This document shows, in pieces, positions 46,935 to 60,451 of a stretch of DNA of 64,000 nucleotides. The stretch lies in contig CAVNZM010000007.1 in the NCBI GenBank assembly GCA_963693365.1, positions 10,661,962 to 10,725,961 of the forward strand. Direction: 5' to 3'. The first letter of the stretch is position 1. Each line of letters begins with the position of its first letter. The DNA comes from Amoebidium appalachense (lineage: Eukaryota; Protista; Ichthyosporea). The notes below the pieces were generated by a model. That model was not told the DNA's origin. It was given only the letters and a program-made list of their open reading frames with translations, and ran no database searches. A program made the position numbers and the translations under genes.

Positions 46935-47125
46935 TTTGATTGGCTCCCAGGAATTTCTAGAGCCAATAGGGACGACCATGGTTTATTTACCTTTTTGCTG
47001 ATTGGTAAATCTAATTCACAAAATTCCTTTCCCGATAGTGTACCAATCAAATGGATTCAGCCAGCTTCCGAATGAGCCAATCACCAGCGCTCCGGAACGT
47101 ACATTGACTGACTTGACGCAGCTGA
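46935..47125. promoter_or_regulatory. Probable bidirectional promoter: cluster of CCAAT boxes between divergent genes
   Basis: GATTGG at ~46938 and ~47000, AGCCAAT at ~46961 and ~47075, ACCAAT at ~47042, and TGACGCA at ~47114, just upstream of ATG 47154. Confidence 0.5.
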
Positions 47126-47153
47126 CTGTAACGTAGCCTATACATCCAACGTC

Positions 47154-48344
47154 ATGGCTGAGAAGTTGAGAAGGTCAAGTTGTACTAGAGATGTAACCCC
47201 CACGTGTAACTATTTGACCATGCAGTTAGCACGTGACTTTGCGCTGCCCTCCACCCCAGGGCTTCTAGACTATTCATATGAGGAAAGACAGGGCAAGAGG
47301 GCACCAAGGCGACGAATTCTGGCACAGCACGTGTGTCTGGCCATGTGTGTGGGCGTGTGCCTGGGTCTTAGTGTTCACTTGACCTCAGAAAAAGACCTGG
47401 CGGATTTGATAAGCACGGCCGTGCAGGGCAGAACATGTGCAGGCAGGTATGTGGCACGCACACAAGTGCTAAACACAGGCATCACGCACAAGTGGTGCCA
47501 AGACAAATGCACTCAGGACGACACCTCCCCGTGTTTAGGCAATGGCGACCTGTCGGCCTTGTGCACGTGTGTCACTGCCTTCAAACCCCCCAGGCTGGAC
47601 CTGGAGGACTCCACGTGCAGAGGCGGCCGGAGAGTGTGCGCAGATAACCAACTGCATGCAGCATGGTCAGGCACAAATGTGACAAACACGTGGTGCCGTG
47701 ATCTGTGTGAACGGGCATCAGACGAGTGCACATGCGACAGGTGCAAATGTGTTGGTGAGTGTTGGCCCAATTGGTACACCGAGTGAACGGTAGACAGCAC
47801 AATCATGCATGATGTATGGGTGGCAGAGGATCTACAGACAGAGGATGCACAGACACATGCACATGCACATCTGTATACACAAAAAAACACACCGAGACAT
47901 CCATTGTTGTTATTCAAGGCCATTGGATGGCGGCCCAGTATGATTATGTTTCTGTCAAAATAGTCCATTTTTTTTTTTTCCCCCCTGTGCTTTATACAAG
48001 GCCCTCTATTTCAGTAAGTAGGAGGCCTTGTTGTTTTGCCATTGAACAACTTGTTCTCTGCTGCTGTCTTTTGTTAGGTGCCGTACATTTTCCACCGAGT
48101 CGGACATGCATATGCAATGGAGTACCGTGTGAACACACAAACATCACACGTCGATTACCATGCTGTAATACGGACAAGCTGCACACAAGCAGACACACAC
48201 TCTTGCACGCACACGATCACACACGCCAACACACACAGGTGATGAAATGCACACATATTGATACAACCCCGTGCGCGCGCACACACACACACACACGCAC
48301 CCACTCACACTACATAACGCACACGCGCACCACACGCGCGCGCG

Positions 48345-48376
<32 letters not shown>

Positions 48377-49273
48377 CTCTCTCTCTCTCTCAAAACACAC
48401 ACACAATGCACACACGCACAGGCATACACATGCCCGCACACACATGCACACACACACACATACATACACACACGTGCACCCAGTGCCCCAAGAACCAGAG
48501 TTCACTACGTATCTCATCATCACACTGGAATCCATGTGCTACACATACCACACCATGTACACCCTCGCTCCTCCCCCCTCCCCCCCCCCCCCCCCCCCCT
48601 CCCCCCCCCCCCCCCCCCCCCCCCCCCCGCTCTCCCCTTTCCCTCCCCTTCCAAGTATTCCGTCACCCCAACACACAATCCGCATTAAAGCAGTCCTAAT
48701 CCCTCTGGCCCCCAATCAGATCGCTGTCCCGAGGGCACACAGCCAATCATAATGGTTGATTTTGACGGCCACGAACCAAATATGTTATACTCGGTGGCAG
48801 CAGCAGCAAAGGACTTTGGGGTGGCAGTGACTCCATCGGGCAACTTTAGTGCCGCCACAACAGTGAAGGTGGGTGTCACGTGACATGGTGCTATAAATAG
48901 CACTAATGTAGGGTCACTGGCAGATACAACGAGCAATAACCCCCATTACGCATTTAGCCTATGCCGTGGTGCACGAAGGGGCACAGCTTCTGCATACACA
49001 AACACATAAATCATCCTTCCCCCCCCCCCCCCCCCTTCCCCCATGCCCCCCCCCCCCCCCCCCTTCGCGCAAATGCCCCCCTTCCCCTTTTCCCCTCCTT
49101 TCCCATTTCCCCCTACCCCTAACTCTCTCCCTCCCCCCGCACCTGCCTGCTTGCAGGGCCATATATTGCTCCCTCGCCGCGGGCCGGGGTTTTCTCAACT
49201 ACAGTTTTTCTGTTTTTGATCCCCTCCCCCCCCTCCCCCCTCCCCCCCTCCCCCCCCTCCTCCAACCCCACCC

Positions 49274-49349
<76 letters not shown>

Positions 49350-49356
49350 ACCACCA

Positions 49357-49390
<34 letters not shown>

Positions 49391-49791
49391 GGCACCACCA
49401 CCACCACCACCATCCCGAGCCCCTAGCGCCCCACCCTGCCCCACCCACTTACCAGTATAAGCATAACAGCAAAACCTGCTGATTGAATACACGTTACACT
49501 ATAGCTAGGCACCACGTGTCTTTGTTTCCTCGAAGCAAGCACATAGCCAATCCCCACCACATCAAACACCCTCTTTGTGCAGGGTCCACCAATGATTACC
49601 CAACGAACATGCAAATCCCATGGCAGAAAGATGCATTTCTGACACTATGCAACACACCGGAACACCTAGTTCTACACACACACACCACTCCGGACTACCA
49701 AACACAGGAGCACGGCGTTTCCCGTCTACCCCTTTACACAAGCGAAGACGGTCTCACATACGCTTCGCAGGCTCACTCCCCCCTCCCCCTC

Positions 49792-49822
<31 letters not shown>

Positions 49823-50502
49823 TTCCCTTTCACTCCCCTCTGCATACGACCACCGACACTCAATGACACTTCTAACCACAGGACCCCAAAAGAGGCACGT
49901 CTCTGCAAATTACATATGCTCAGGGCTGCGTCGGCAGCCCATGCGGCCCGCGCTTTAAAACCCCCCTGAAATTTGGACCGGTAGACGAGGCATACCTGTC
50001 ATTCCGCGTGAAGTTTTTGCCGGGATTTGATTGGGTGAAGGGGGGCAAATTACCAGCCACGCTATGTGGGGGTTTATGCCCGACCAAGAACGGCAAACCC
50101 ACTGGGATGGATGGGTGGGCCAGCACGGTGTCTTGGAGACCGGGGGCCCTACCAATCAGCTACGTTTACCATGCCAACCAATCACATCCAAGCCTTGGTG
50201 ACAATCTTGCGTTTGATTCGCTGTTCCAGGTTGGAAGAATGCACCATGTTGTGGTTCGGGTCAAGATGAACACACCGGGTCGACCCGATGGGGTCATCGA
50301 GGCATGGCTGGATGGGCGGCCGGCAGCCAATCACAGCCACCTGCTGTTCCGAAATCGCAGCGATCTGGGCATCGACACATTTATGTTTTCGTCCTTCTTT
50401 GGCGGTTTGAGCCCCCCCTGGGCCCCCCCACGCACCATGGCTGCAGTGTTTGATGACGTCACAGTGTGTGCACCTGTGCAGGGTCACGTGAGGCCTGCCT
50501 GA
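47154..50502 (+). CDS. Polysaccharide lyase family 14 (alginate/glucuronan lyase-like) with an N-terminal anchor and two Cys-rich modules; multi-exon, middle exons uncertain
   Basis: Exon 1 (47154-47755) has hydrophobic ILAQHVCLAMCVGVCLGLSV and two WC..C..C.C modules, ending at donor G|GTGAGT. Exon ~48720-48868 reads MVDFDGHEPNMLYSVAAAAKDFG. Last exon ~49882-50502 reads SLQITYAQG..EAYLSFRVKFLPGFDWVKGGKLP..SYVYHANQ..VKMNTPGRPDGVIEAWLDG..LGIDTFMFSSFFGG..WAP (PL14 signatures). Confidence 0.8.
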
Positions 50503-51656
50503 GGGTTCTGGCATATTCGGTCCCATTCCAGAGTTATAACAAATATTGAATGTGCCATATGGCTCTCCCTTGTGTCGAACTCAGTTGTTGGGGTGTGTGT
50601 GTGTGTGTGTGCGTGTGTACAAGTTATCTCACTGGCTATCGATATGCCCAACCTCGTGTGCGTGTACATGTGTGCACGTGTGTGTGTGTGTGTGTGTGTG
50701 TGCGTGTGTGTGTGTGCGAGTCTGTGTGTGTCACGGTGTGTGTGTGTGTTACATGTGTGTGCGTGTGTGTCTCTATCTCTCTCTCTCTCTTTCTCCCTCT
50801 TTTTCCCCCTCTCTCTCTCTTTCTCACACACACACACACTCTCTCTCTCCCTCTCTCTGCCCCCCTCTCTCTCTAGATCTTTCGAGCTCGCTCCCGGGCG
50901 CTCGCTTCGCTCGCCCCAGCAGGGCTCGCCCCCGTGCGCGCGCGCGCGCGCGCGCGCGAGAACGGCAATCGTGCTGACGTCATTGACACATTTTCAGTGG
51001 GGGGTGCGTGTTGGCTCTCTAAATCTCCCTTGTTGATTGGCTAAAAGAGCATCAATGGAATACCGCATCCGCGCTCCAACATCCGGATTGACACACGCGT
51101 ACTGATTGGTTAGGGCAACTTCTTGGCAGGTCCCGACTCCCACCGGAACCGCTCGGTTCTTTCCCCCCACACCCCCCCTTTTTCCATCAACCCAACCTCA
51201 CGGTCACGTGACCTCAAACTAAGTGACCGAGGTTGGGAATAGGTGTGCGCATGGGTGTGTGGGGGGGTGGGTGTGCGCGTGCATGTGTAGGTGTAGGTTT
51301 GTGCCTGCGTGAGCGTGTGTGTGTGTGAACGTGCGCGTGTATGTGTGTACGCACGTGTTTGTGCTTGCTACCACAGTAGCATGACACTATGTCCTGATTT
51401 ACGGTTGCACATTGTACTTGAACGTAAAGAAAGGAAAGGACTATGAGAGATGTGGTGGAAACGTGCCAAGGGTGGATAAGAGGGAAGGAAAAGGGGGGGG
51501 GGGAGGGGGGGGGGGGGGGGTTAACCCGGATAGTTGCATGAATGCTGGATGACACTTAGTATTGGAACAGTCATTTTTCAAAAGCTGTATGAACATTTGC
51601 AGTATCATCACTAAGGGTGACACATTCATCGTGTGTGCTGGCCACACACAAACATC

Positions 51657-51690
<34 letters not shown>

Positions 51691-52030
51691 CCAATAAAAT
51701 ATAGGTTGGTGACCACAGAAAAACGGCCACAGGCAACGGTAGCAGCTAAACCAGGAGATGAAAATGTGTGCATGCCAAGCATTTTCAAGCCATGTATGTG
51801 CAAGTAAAGATACTATGTTTATATATGGGTCTAAGCCACCATAACCACATAGAATTCAATGTGCACATTCCCTACATGGTAACTTGGATACAGATGCATT
51901 AATGTGTATCACAGAAAACCGATAATCGATCTATCCGATAGCGTGTCTCATCATCACGTAAACCTATCCGACCCTGCAACTTTGCCAAATTTCACGAATA
52001 CTATATTCAATAATTCAAATAGATACCACA

Positions 52031-52272
52031 TCACGGCTCAGCGAACTTTAGCACCTGCTTAGCGCCCTTATTTCCCTCCCTGTTTGCCGCCAATGCAGTC
52101 ATGAACTGGTCGTATTTGTGGAACTGGAACCAATTCTGCAGCCGGCCCTGTCGCACCATGCCTGCACACCCATTATGTCAGCTCGGCACTTCTTACACCC
52201 CGTTCTCCCGCCCGGCCCCCCTCTCCCCCCACCACCACAACACACGTACACACACACACACACACGCACGAG

Positions 52273-52330
<58 letters not shown>

Positions 52331-52828
52331 CCACCCCCTTCCCCCAGGGACCTAGCGAGCACCAAACCATGGCGAGCAAGTCCAATCTCACAGTGACAAA
52401 AAGAGGACTGCAGCCGATGCCTCATCTTGTAAACTACAAGAGAAAGCTTACCCCCCCCCCCCCCCCCGTCCAAACAACAAACCACGGGGACTGCTGGGGA
52501 AAGAATATTTGGATGTGGGGCTAGGGGTGTGTGTGTGCGGGTGTGTGTGCATGTGTGCCTGTGTGTGTGCGTGAGTGTGCATGTCCGCAGTGCTTGTGTG
52601 TGTGCGTGTGTGTTGGTGAGCGGTCAAAGCGACGGATGTGGTAGGCAAACAGGCACATACCAGCCAGGTCGTTAATCATAACCTGCCTCTCCTCTCTGCT
52701 ATGCACCTGGTACCATCTGCTCATCCAGAACCCGACTATGTGCACGTCACTGAAGATCAGAGAGGATGTGGGTACAATCACAGGTTCACGGCCCATCCCT
52801 CCATATGTCACCATGGTGCCTCCCTGGC

Positions 52829-52859
<31 letters not shown>

Positions 52860-53637
52860 ACTCGTGTATGTATGTATGTGTGGGTGGGTGCGTGGGTGCG
52901 TCTGGGTGTAGGTGCGCACGTGTCTGTGTGTGTGTGTATGTGATCGTGCACTACGGGGAATGTGTGTGTGTGGTCGTGCACTACGGTGTATGTGTGTGTG
53001 TGGTCGTGCACTGCGTGTTTGACCACGTATGGTTGTGCCCACAAGTGCATGTGCATGCGCGTGTGCGCGTGTGGATGACTGTGTTGGTACGTGTGTGTGC
53101 ATTTGGGGGGAAGAAGGGTTTAGAATGCAGACACGGTAGGAGGTTACCTATGCATGGCTAATCAAATTAGTAACCCAAAATATAGAATACCCAAGGGCGG
53201 GGAGCGGACGGGAGAGGGGCTGGGTGGGTGGGGGTGGGGTGGGGTTGGGTGGGGAGGGGGGATCCATTGAGGGTGAAGGTGAGCAACAAAAGAGGAGCAC
53301 CGTGAGAGCAGCAGCATAGTAAATACTTGCGGCATGCACGCTTCTGGCCCTGAGAATCCCTCTAATGTTGCTTGCGCTCACTTATGGCCGTTTCATTTAC
53401 TCTTAACCCCCACTGGGAACAGACCTCCCACGCCCAACGGAGATAAGAGGGCAATGAAAGGGTGCATGTGTGAATGTTACGGGGGGGAAGGGGGGGGGGG
53501 GGGGGGGGGGGATGGGAGAGGAGGGGGCCAACCTTAGATTTCTGAGAATGTTTGTGCTGCTCTTGCCCCCCACACAGTTAAAGCCAAGCTTGGGCTTGTT
53601 CTTGCCCAGGCTGGCAACTGTGTGTGTGTGTACGCGT

Positions 53638-53694
<57 letters not shown>

Positions 53695-53747
53695 GTGTGT
53701 GTATGTTTCGTGTGTGTGTGTGTGTAAGTGCGTGTGTGCGCGCGCGG

Positions 53748-53785
<38 letters not shown>

Positions 53786-53870
53786 GTGTGCGCGCGTATG
53801 CGTGCGCGCACCAGTGTGCATGTGTGCCAGTGTGTGAGTGAGTTAGCATGAGTGTCAATCTGCCCATATC

Positions 53871-53924
<54 letters not shown>

Positions 53925-54566
53925 CCCGTCAAGGCTTCTGCCTCCTTCAATGTTCCGCACTCACCCCACCATCCCCATATCCTCTCCCCTTGACCCATTC
54001 ATAGACCACAAACATCCCACAATACCATCATCTCAGCACTATCAAACCACACGCATATTTCTATATGCTTCCATCTTGTCTCCCTCCCCCCTCCCTCCCC
54101 CCCCCCACCCACCACACACACACACACACGGACAGTATGTACCCAGCTTCCTCATTTCAGCCGACCGTGCAAAGTCCTCCGACACCACATGTGTGGCTCC
54201 CAACCCCTTCAGCCGCCCCTCCGCCTCCCCAAAGTTGGGCCTGGGGGTGTCATGTGGTCAGTGGCCAATTGCGGGGAGGGGAGGGGGGGTAAGGAGTGGG
54301 GGGGGGGGGGGGGGGGGGGTTAGAGAACGATATACATCGGTACACAAATGAAGAACTGCAAAGGAGTCCACCGTGAAAAGCCTTTTTTTTTTTTTGGGGG
54401 GGGGGGGGGGAGGGGATGGGGGGAGGGGGGGGAGGGGAGGGGGGGAGGGGGGGGGGGGAGACTAAGTAAGCGACTGGAGAGGTCGTGTGAATGCTTGTGT
54501 GAGTAGGTGAGAGTGAGAAAGGAAATAAGAGTGGCTATAATGCCGGGAAGAGGGAATAAGATTGAG

Positions 54567-54608
<42 letters not shown>

Positions 54609-55363
54609 TGTGTGTGTGCGCGCGAGCCTGGGGTTGTCTTTTGTGTATGTGTGATCGTTTCTGGGCGTGCGTGCACATAGGCAACAGGCGCCATGTGCAG
54701 GTGTGTGCATGTGTGGATGTTTTATGTATACATGTGTGCATTGTTGTGCTTGCATGTTGGTGTGTGTACATGCTTACTCACACATGCACACATCTTGCTT
54801 CTGTGGCTCTATGCTGTGCATGCGCATACCTATCCCGGATCACGTTGATTGTATTTACGCCCATTGCTGCTGCCAGCTGGATCACAGCCAACCCCACAGC
54901 AGACGTGGCCCCATTTTGCAGCACATAGTCCCCTGGGAGAGGAGGGTTTTACTGCCATGCAGAAATTTGAAAAGAGACCACGTGTGATCAACCTTCGCAA
55001 GATCAAAGACGTTTGTACAGCAGAAAACGAAGGGGAGGTGGGGGGGGGGGGGCAACACCCATCACAAGCCAGATAACAAAAGTAGAGTGCACCGACAACA
55101 GAAACGCTATATAAGCAATGCACACAGTTCGAGATGCCACAAATAAAGAGGAGTGGGCGAAAGAAGGGGGGGGGGGGGGGGAAGGGGGGGGGGGGGGGGG
55201 GGGGGAAGGGGAGGGGGGATATGTTGGGCTCTGGTTTCTATTCAAGAAGCAAGGTGGTTGCCAAATCCTGAGCCGATGCCCACCTTGTTTGAGCGGCACA
55301 AAGTCACGCAGCATGCGATAGGCAGTGCCTGGGTTGACCGTCAACGACCCTGCATACTCAGCC

Positions 55364-55413
<50 letters not shown>

Positions 55414-55925
55414 GGTCAGCCAGGCACGCACACATATACACACACGTGCACACATACACAAGCACACACCCGTGCACGGACACAGGCACATGCTTAAAAC
55501 GTAGTGCAGGGCAGGGACAGGGGCAAGACGAGCACATGTACTCTTTGTTCTTTTCCCACCTTCCTGGTTGTATCCGCCTCCCCCCACCACAACACCTACA
55601 CACATTCCAACACGCCCACCTACCTAACCTTCACCATACTCGGTAAGTTTGTTCCACACGTCCAGCAACAGAAAAGCTGCTTCCTAACTCGCTTTAAAAC
55701 CATGTTGTTTGACTTTCCGACAAACATGCGTCGCTTTGTATGTGCTTCTCGTGTGTCTATTGCAAGCAGTTGGTTGGTTGGTTTCTGTAGACAAGGGTTG
55801 GGGGGAGGGAGGGGGAGGGGGGGGGGTGGGGGAGAGATCCATACAGGAATATCATTTGGCACTTTGATCAACTCTGCAGCCGGGCAGACCGCATGTGTGC
55901 GCCACATGCCTGGGTGTGGGTGCGT

Positions 55926-56007
<82 letters not shown>

Positions 56008-56494
56008 CGTAGGGGTGGGTGTGCATGTGCATGTGGGTGCGGGTGTCCGTGTGTATGTGCTTGTGGGTTTGCGTTTGGGTGTTGGTGTGAATACACATGT
56101 CTTGTTGTGTACGTGAGCTTGTGCCTTCTCTGCAAAAAGTGTCTCCCTCTGATGCGGCTAGTGATCTCTTATGATGATGGCTACACGAGCAGTGAACATG
56201 TTCCCTTGCATTCTACCAAAATGTTGGAAAGTCTATCCAACTGTGCGATTCCCCAATAGCAAATGCAACCAAGAGGCCAACCATGAACTGATATATTGAG
56301 AGACAGAACAAACCGCGAAAGCAAACATGACTAGAGCTCCATATTCATGGAGGACCCCGCGGGGAAGCAAGAAGGGAGCCGGGGAGGGGCGGGCGGGGGG
56401 GGGAAATGAGAGCAGACGGAAGGACGGAGAAGGTGAGAAGGGGAGAGAAGAGGTGGGGTGGGTGTGGGTGTGGGGGAGGGGGGGGGGGATATGT

Positions 56495-56525
<31 letters not shown>

Positions 56526-56541
56526 GGGGGGGGGGATATGT

Positions 56542-56572
<31 letters not shown>

Positions 56573-56723
56573 GGATATGTGTGTGTGTGTGTGGGGGGGG
56601 GGGGGGTTGCTGACCATAGCCTGCACTGCAGGGAATGACCCAGTCTCCCGGGGCAAAATCCTTGACTGCTTCCCCAACCTGCAGCACACGAGCAACACCT
56701 GTGTGTGTGTGTGTGTGTGTGTG

Positions 56724-56815
<92 letters not shown>

Positions 56816-57662
56816 TTTGTTTAAGCGTGTGTGTGAGTACGTGCCCTAATCATTTCCCATGATTCTTGCGTGTGCATACACGTTAACCTATGCTTAAGCT
56901 ATGCTTGTAAATGCGAAACCTCAATGATTGTGTCCATATGGGACCGTACCTGTGTGGCCATGTGCCTTGTTGTTGAAGACGAATTATGTTTGCCTTGTTT
57001 GTGTACAGACGGCAAGCCACAAAACAATTCCACGCAACCAAAACTAGGTTACCACCCCCCTCCTTCTGCCCATCCACCTCCTTCCCATCCACAGTTCCTC
57101 TCATGCAGTCCATGTGTATTCCTTGCCTGCCCTGTCCCTTACTTCCTTATCTCTGCCCCCCCCCCCCCCCCCCCCCCCGTGCCCCCTTCTTCCCCCCCCC
57201 CCCCCCTCCCATGCCTCACTCAACCCCCTACTTGCCTCCTGCCCCCCCTCCCCCCCCCCCCCCCCCCCAAAAAAAAAAAAAGAAAGAAAAAAACCCTCTT
57301 CTGTGCACGCCTGATACACATACACACAAACCCACTCAACATGCATCCACACTGCCCTTGGCCACAAACACACAGCAATCCACTCACCCTCGTTTCCACC
57401 CACGGCCGGCAGGGGGGGTTTTATCGGATAGACCCCTGCAGACCCCACCGTTAGCACCAACCCTGCTGCATGTTTCTAGGCACAGGATTCACTATGTTAT
57501 CCTCCCTTCTATTCGCCCCTTTCCGTCTATTCAACCCCCCTACCCTTTCACCGGAACAGTCCGCAAGACGAGGAAGATGAAGGCCTAGGCAGGCTGGTAG
57601 AATATGGGGGAGGAGGGGGTGGGGGGATCCACATGCAAAGAGCACTACTTGTATATGGATCC

Positions 57663-57710
<48 letters not shown>

Positions 57711-58390
57711 GGAGGGGGGGATTCCAGATTTGGCAAGCCCATGCCACGGTGATTATCTGGGACAGCCAGGGAGGGTCTGCATGTGTTAGGCGAAAAAAAA
57801 AAGGGAGTTTGTTCTGAACGTAAGGAGTGGAGAAGAACACCGGAGGAAGGCGGTGGCATGAGGAAATGAGTGGGGGATATGAACTTGGGGAGGTAGAAAG
57901 GGCAGGGGAATGGAAACAAGGGGGAGGGGGGGGGGAGGGGGGGAGGAATATGAGGGGAAAGGAGGATTGGGGAGGGGGGGGGGGAGGGGGGGGGATGTAG
58001 GCACGTGCCTTCGATCATGTTGATGTCTGCGGGGTTGATGGGTGAGTAGATGGTCTCCAGAACCACGTCATGCGCACTCATGGGGGGTAGCTCCACCTCC
58101 TCCATGCTGCAGTGTGTGTGTGTGTTTGTGTGTGTGTGTGGGGGGGGGGGGGGGGGGGGGAGGGGGGGGGGGCTTGAGTAAATGTGTATTTGTATGTGTG
58201 GGAGGGAGGGCGGGTGGGGGGGGGGGGGGGGGGACATGAAGGGTATGCAGGTGAGCAACAAGGAAAACCAATGGGTGGGAAGTGTGATGTGGCTATGGGG
58301 GGAATGGAATGGGATGGTATGTAGGAGAATGAAGATGTGGGGTGAGTGGTCACCGTAAAGCCCATAGGCCCAGTAATGATGGTGGTGGTA

Positions 58391-58421
<31 letters not shown>

Positions 58422-58873
58422 CCTAGATTTTAAAAAACATAAAAAACGAGGAAGGGTACAGGGAAAGAGTAGAACATACACAAAGGGGTGGATGGTTGGC
58501 AAGTACTGGCTCTATTTTCGTACACACACACGGGGCACACACAACATGTGGTTGAATGGGTGGGTGGGTGGGTGGCTTGTGTGTGCACGCACGTGTTCGT
58601 GTGCCTGTGTCGGCACTCACTTACTAATATGTGTAGCTGTATGTGTGCGTGTCTGTGCGTGTGCATGTGTGTGTGTGTGTGCTTGTGCATGTGCTTGCGA
58701 GCGAGCATGTGTCCATTCTTTTTTCACAAGGGTGTATGTGTGTGTTGTGTCTGCGCATACCTAAGCACGTTTTCTGGCTGCCCATGTTCCTTGTAGACAA
58801 TCTGCTTTGCCGTCCGTGGCACAGCAGTGGCCAGCCCTCTCAAGCCGGCACGAAGAAACCCAACTACACCTCC
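52031..58873 (-). CDS. MECR: Mitochondrial trans-2-enoyl-CoA (enoyl-ACP) reductase, multi-exon; first exon further upstream not resolved
   Basis: Exons encode [134 protein letters not shown] and last exon ..[11 protein letters not shown] (TGA 52033-52031). Confidence 0.93.
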
Positions 58874-60202
58874 CTGTCAGAACGCTTCATGTGGGCAGCG
58901 GGTGTGTGGGGTCGGGTGAAGGTGGTGGCAGGATGGAGGACGGAAGGTGGGGGGGGGAAAGGGGAGGGGGGAGGGGGAGCTCTCCCAGCAAAGACGTCCT
59001 ACATACTTACTGGTATGCAAGGTTGGGAATGTGTAATATGGCAGTGCATGTGTGCGTGCTCGTAGCAGGAGTATTGGCAGGGTACAGCAGTCGCTGTGCA
59101 GCTTTGTGACTTCGCATTCTTCCCATGTTGCCCAGCTAGAAAAGCGACTAGAGACGCGTCGTTCCGTCTTTTTGGCCCTCTTCCCCCCCCCCCCCCCCCC
59201 CCCCCCCTTCTCCCATCCCCCCCCCCCCCCCCTCCCCGTCCTCCGCTCCCCTCCACACCTACACACACACACCCACACACACACCCACACAAACACACAC
59301 ACCCCCTTTCCTTTGCCCTTCCGCTTACTCGAGAACACTCGGATCTTTCGCACACACATGCACACACATGGGAAGTACATATACACACACCTTCCCACTC
59401 CCTCCCCTCCCTCCGTCCCTCAAAAAAGCAAAACCCAAACCGGAAAAGACGCAACCCTGCCCCGTGTCCTGCTTGTTTGCCCTCCATCCTGCATGCCAAC
59501 CCTCACTCGCACAACCCACCTGCCGGTAGCAGCGCAGTCCTACAGAGGGCCATGGTGTCCTTTTATGACACAAGAATTACTGCGTGTGGGTGTAAAATGG
59601 TGGCACGTAGAAGGCTCTGTTTTGCTCATGCCTTGTAACACGGTTGCTGCGTCAGTTAACGTTTGGGGACTCTTTTTTTTTTTTCTGCCGCAGGATCTTC
59701 GGCGCCTTGCCAGAAAAAAATGCACTTGCCATATTTGGCTCCAACTCTACCATACATGGCAAATATGTGCCTTTATTTGGCAACTCCGCATTTCTGCGCA
59801 CTCCAGCCCGACTCTACCGGTCTCAGTGGCTACAGTACGACAGGCTCACTGGAACACTCGGAAAAATGACAGGTGTTAAACAGAGGCCTATCATATGATA
59901 CTTCTGGTCAGGCGCGGGCACATGTCAGAACTTTGGCGAGAGGTGACCAGCTGATGAACCTTCACATGTGGTTTTTGTACATGTAAAAGGCAAAGGTAAA
60001 AGTCAAAGATAGTATATATAGGCACATTTTTACCAAAGCAAGTGTTTACCCATATTGCCAGATTACTGTTAGAGTCCATCATATGTGCACAACTTTTATG
60101 TATGAGACATAACACCTACACGCAGTGAGATCGTGTCCATTTTTGACATAAGCACGTACACGGCAGCAGCTCCCCTCCCCTTTCCCGGCCCTCCTTCCCC
60201 CC

Positions 60203-60259
<57 letters not shown>

Positions 60260-60451
60260 ACACATGCACACACACATCCTCCCCCCCAACAATATCTTGG
60301 TTCACAGCAAACAAAATATATCTTGTTTCATACCATCCTTTTTATTCGTTTGGGTGCCGGCCCCACAAGAACCCTTTTTTTCTCTCCCCAACAACCCCAT
60401 TTTTTTCTCCTCTCTTCATTCAAGCAAGCCTTCGCTCCCTACCACCTCAGA

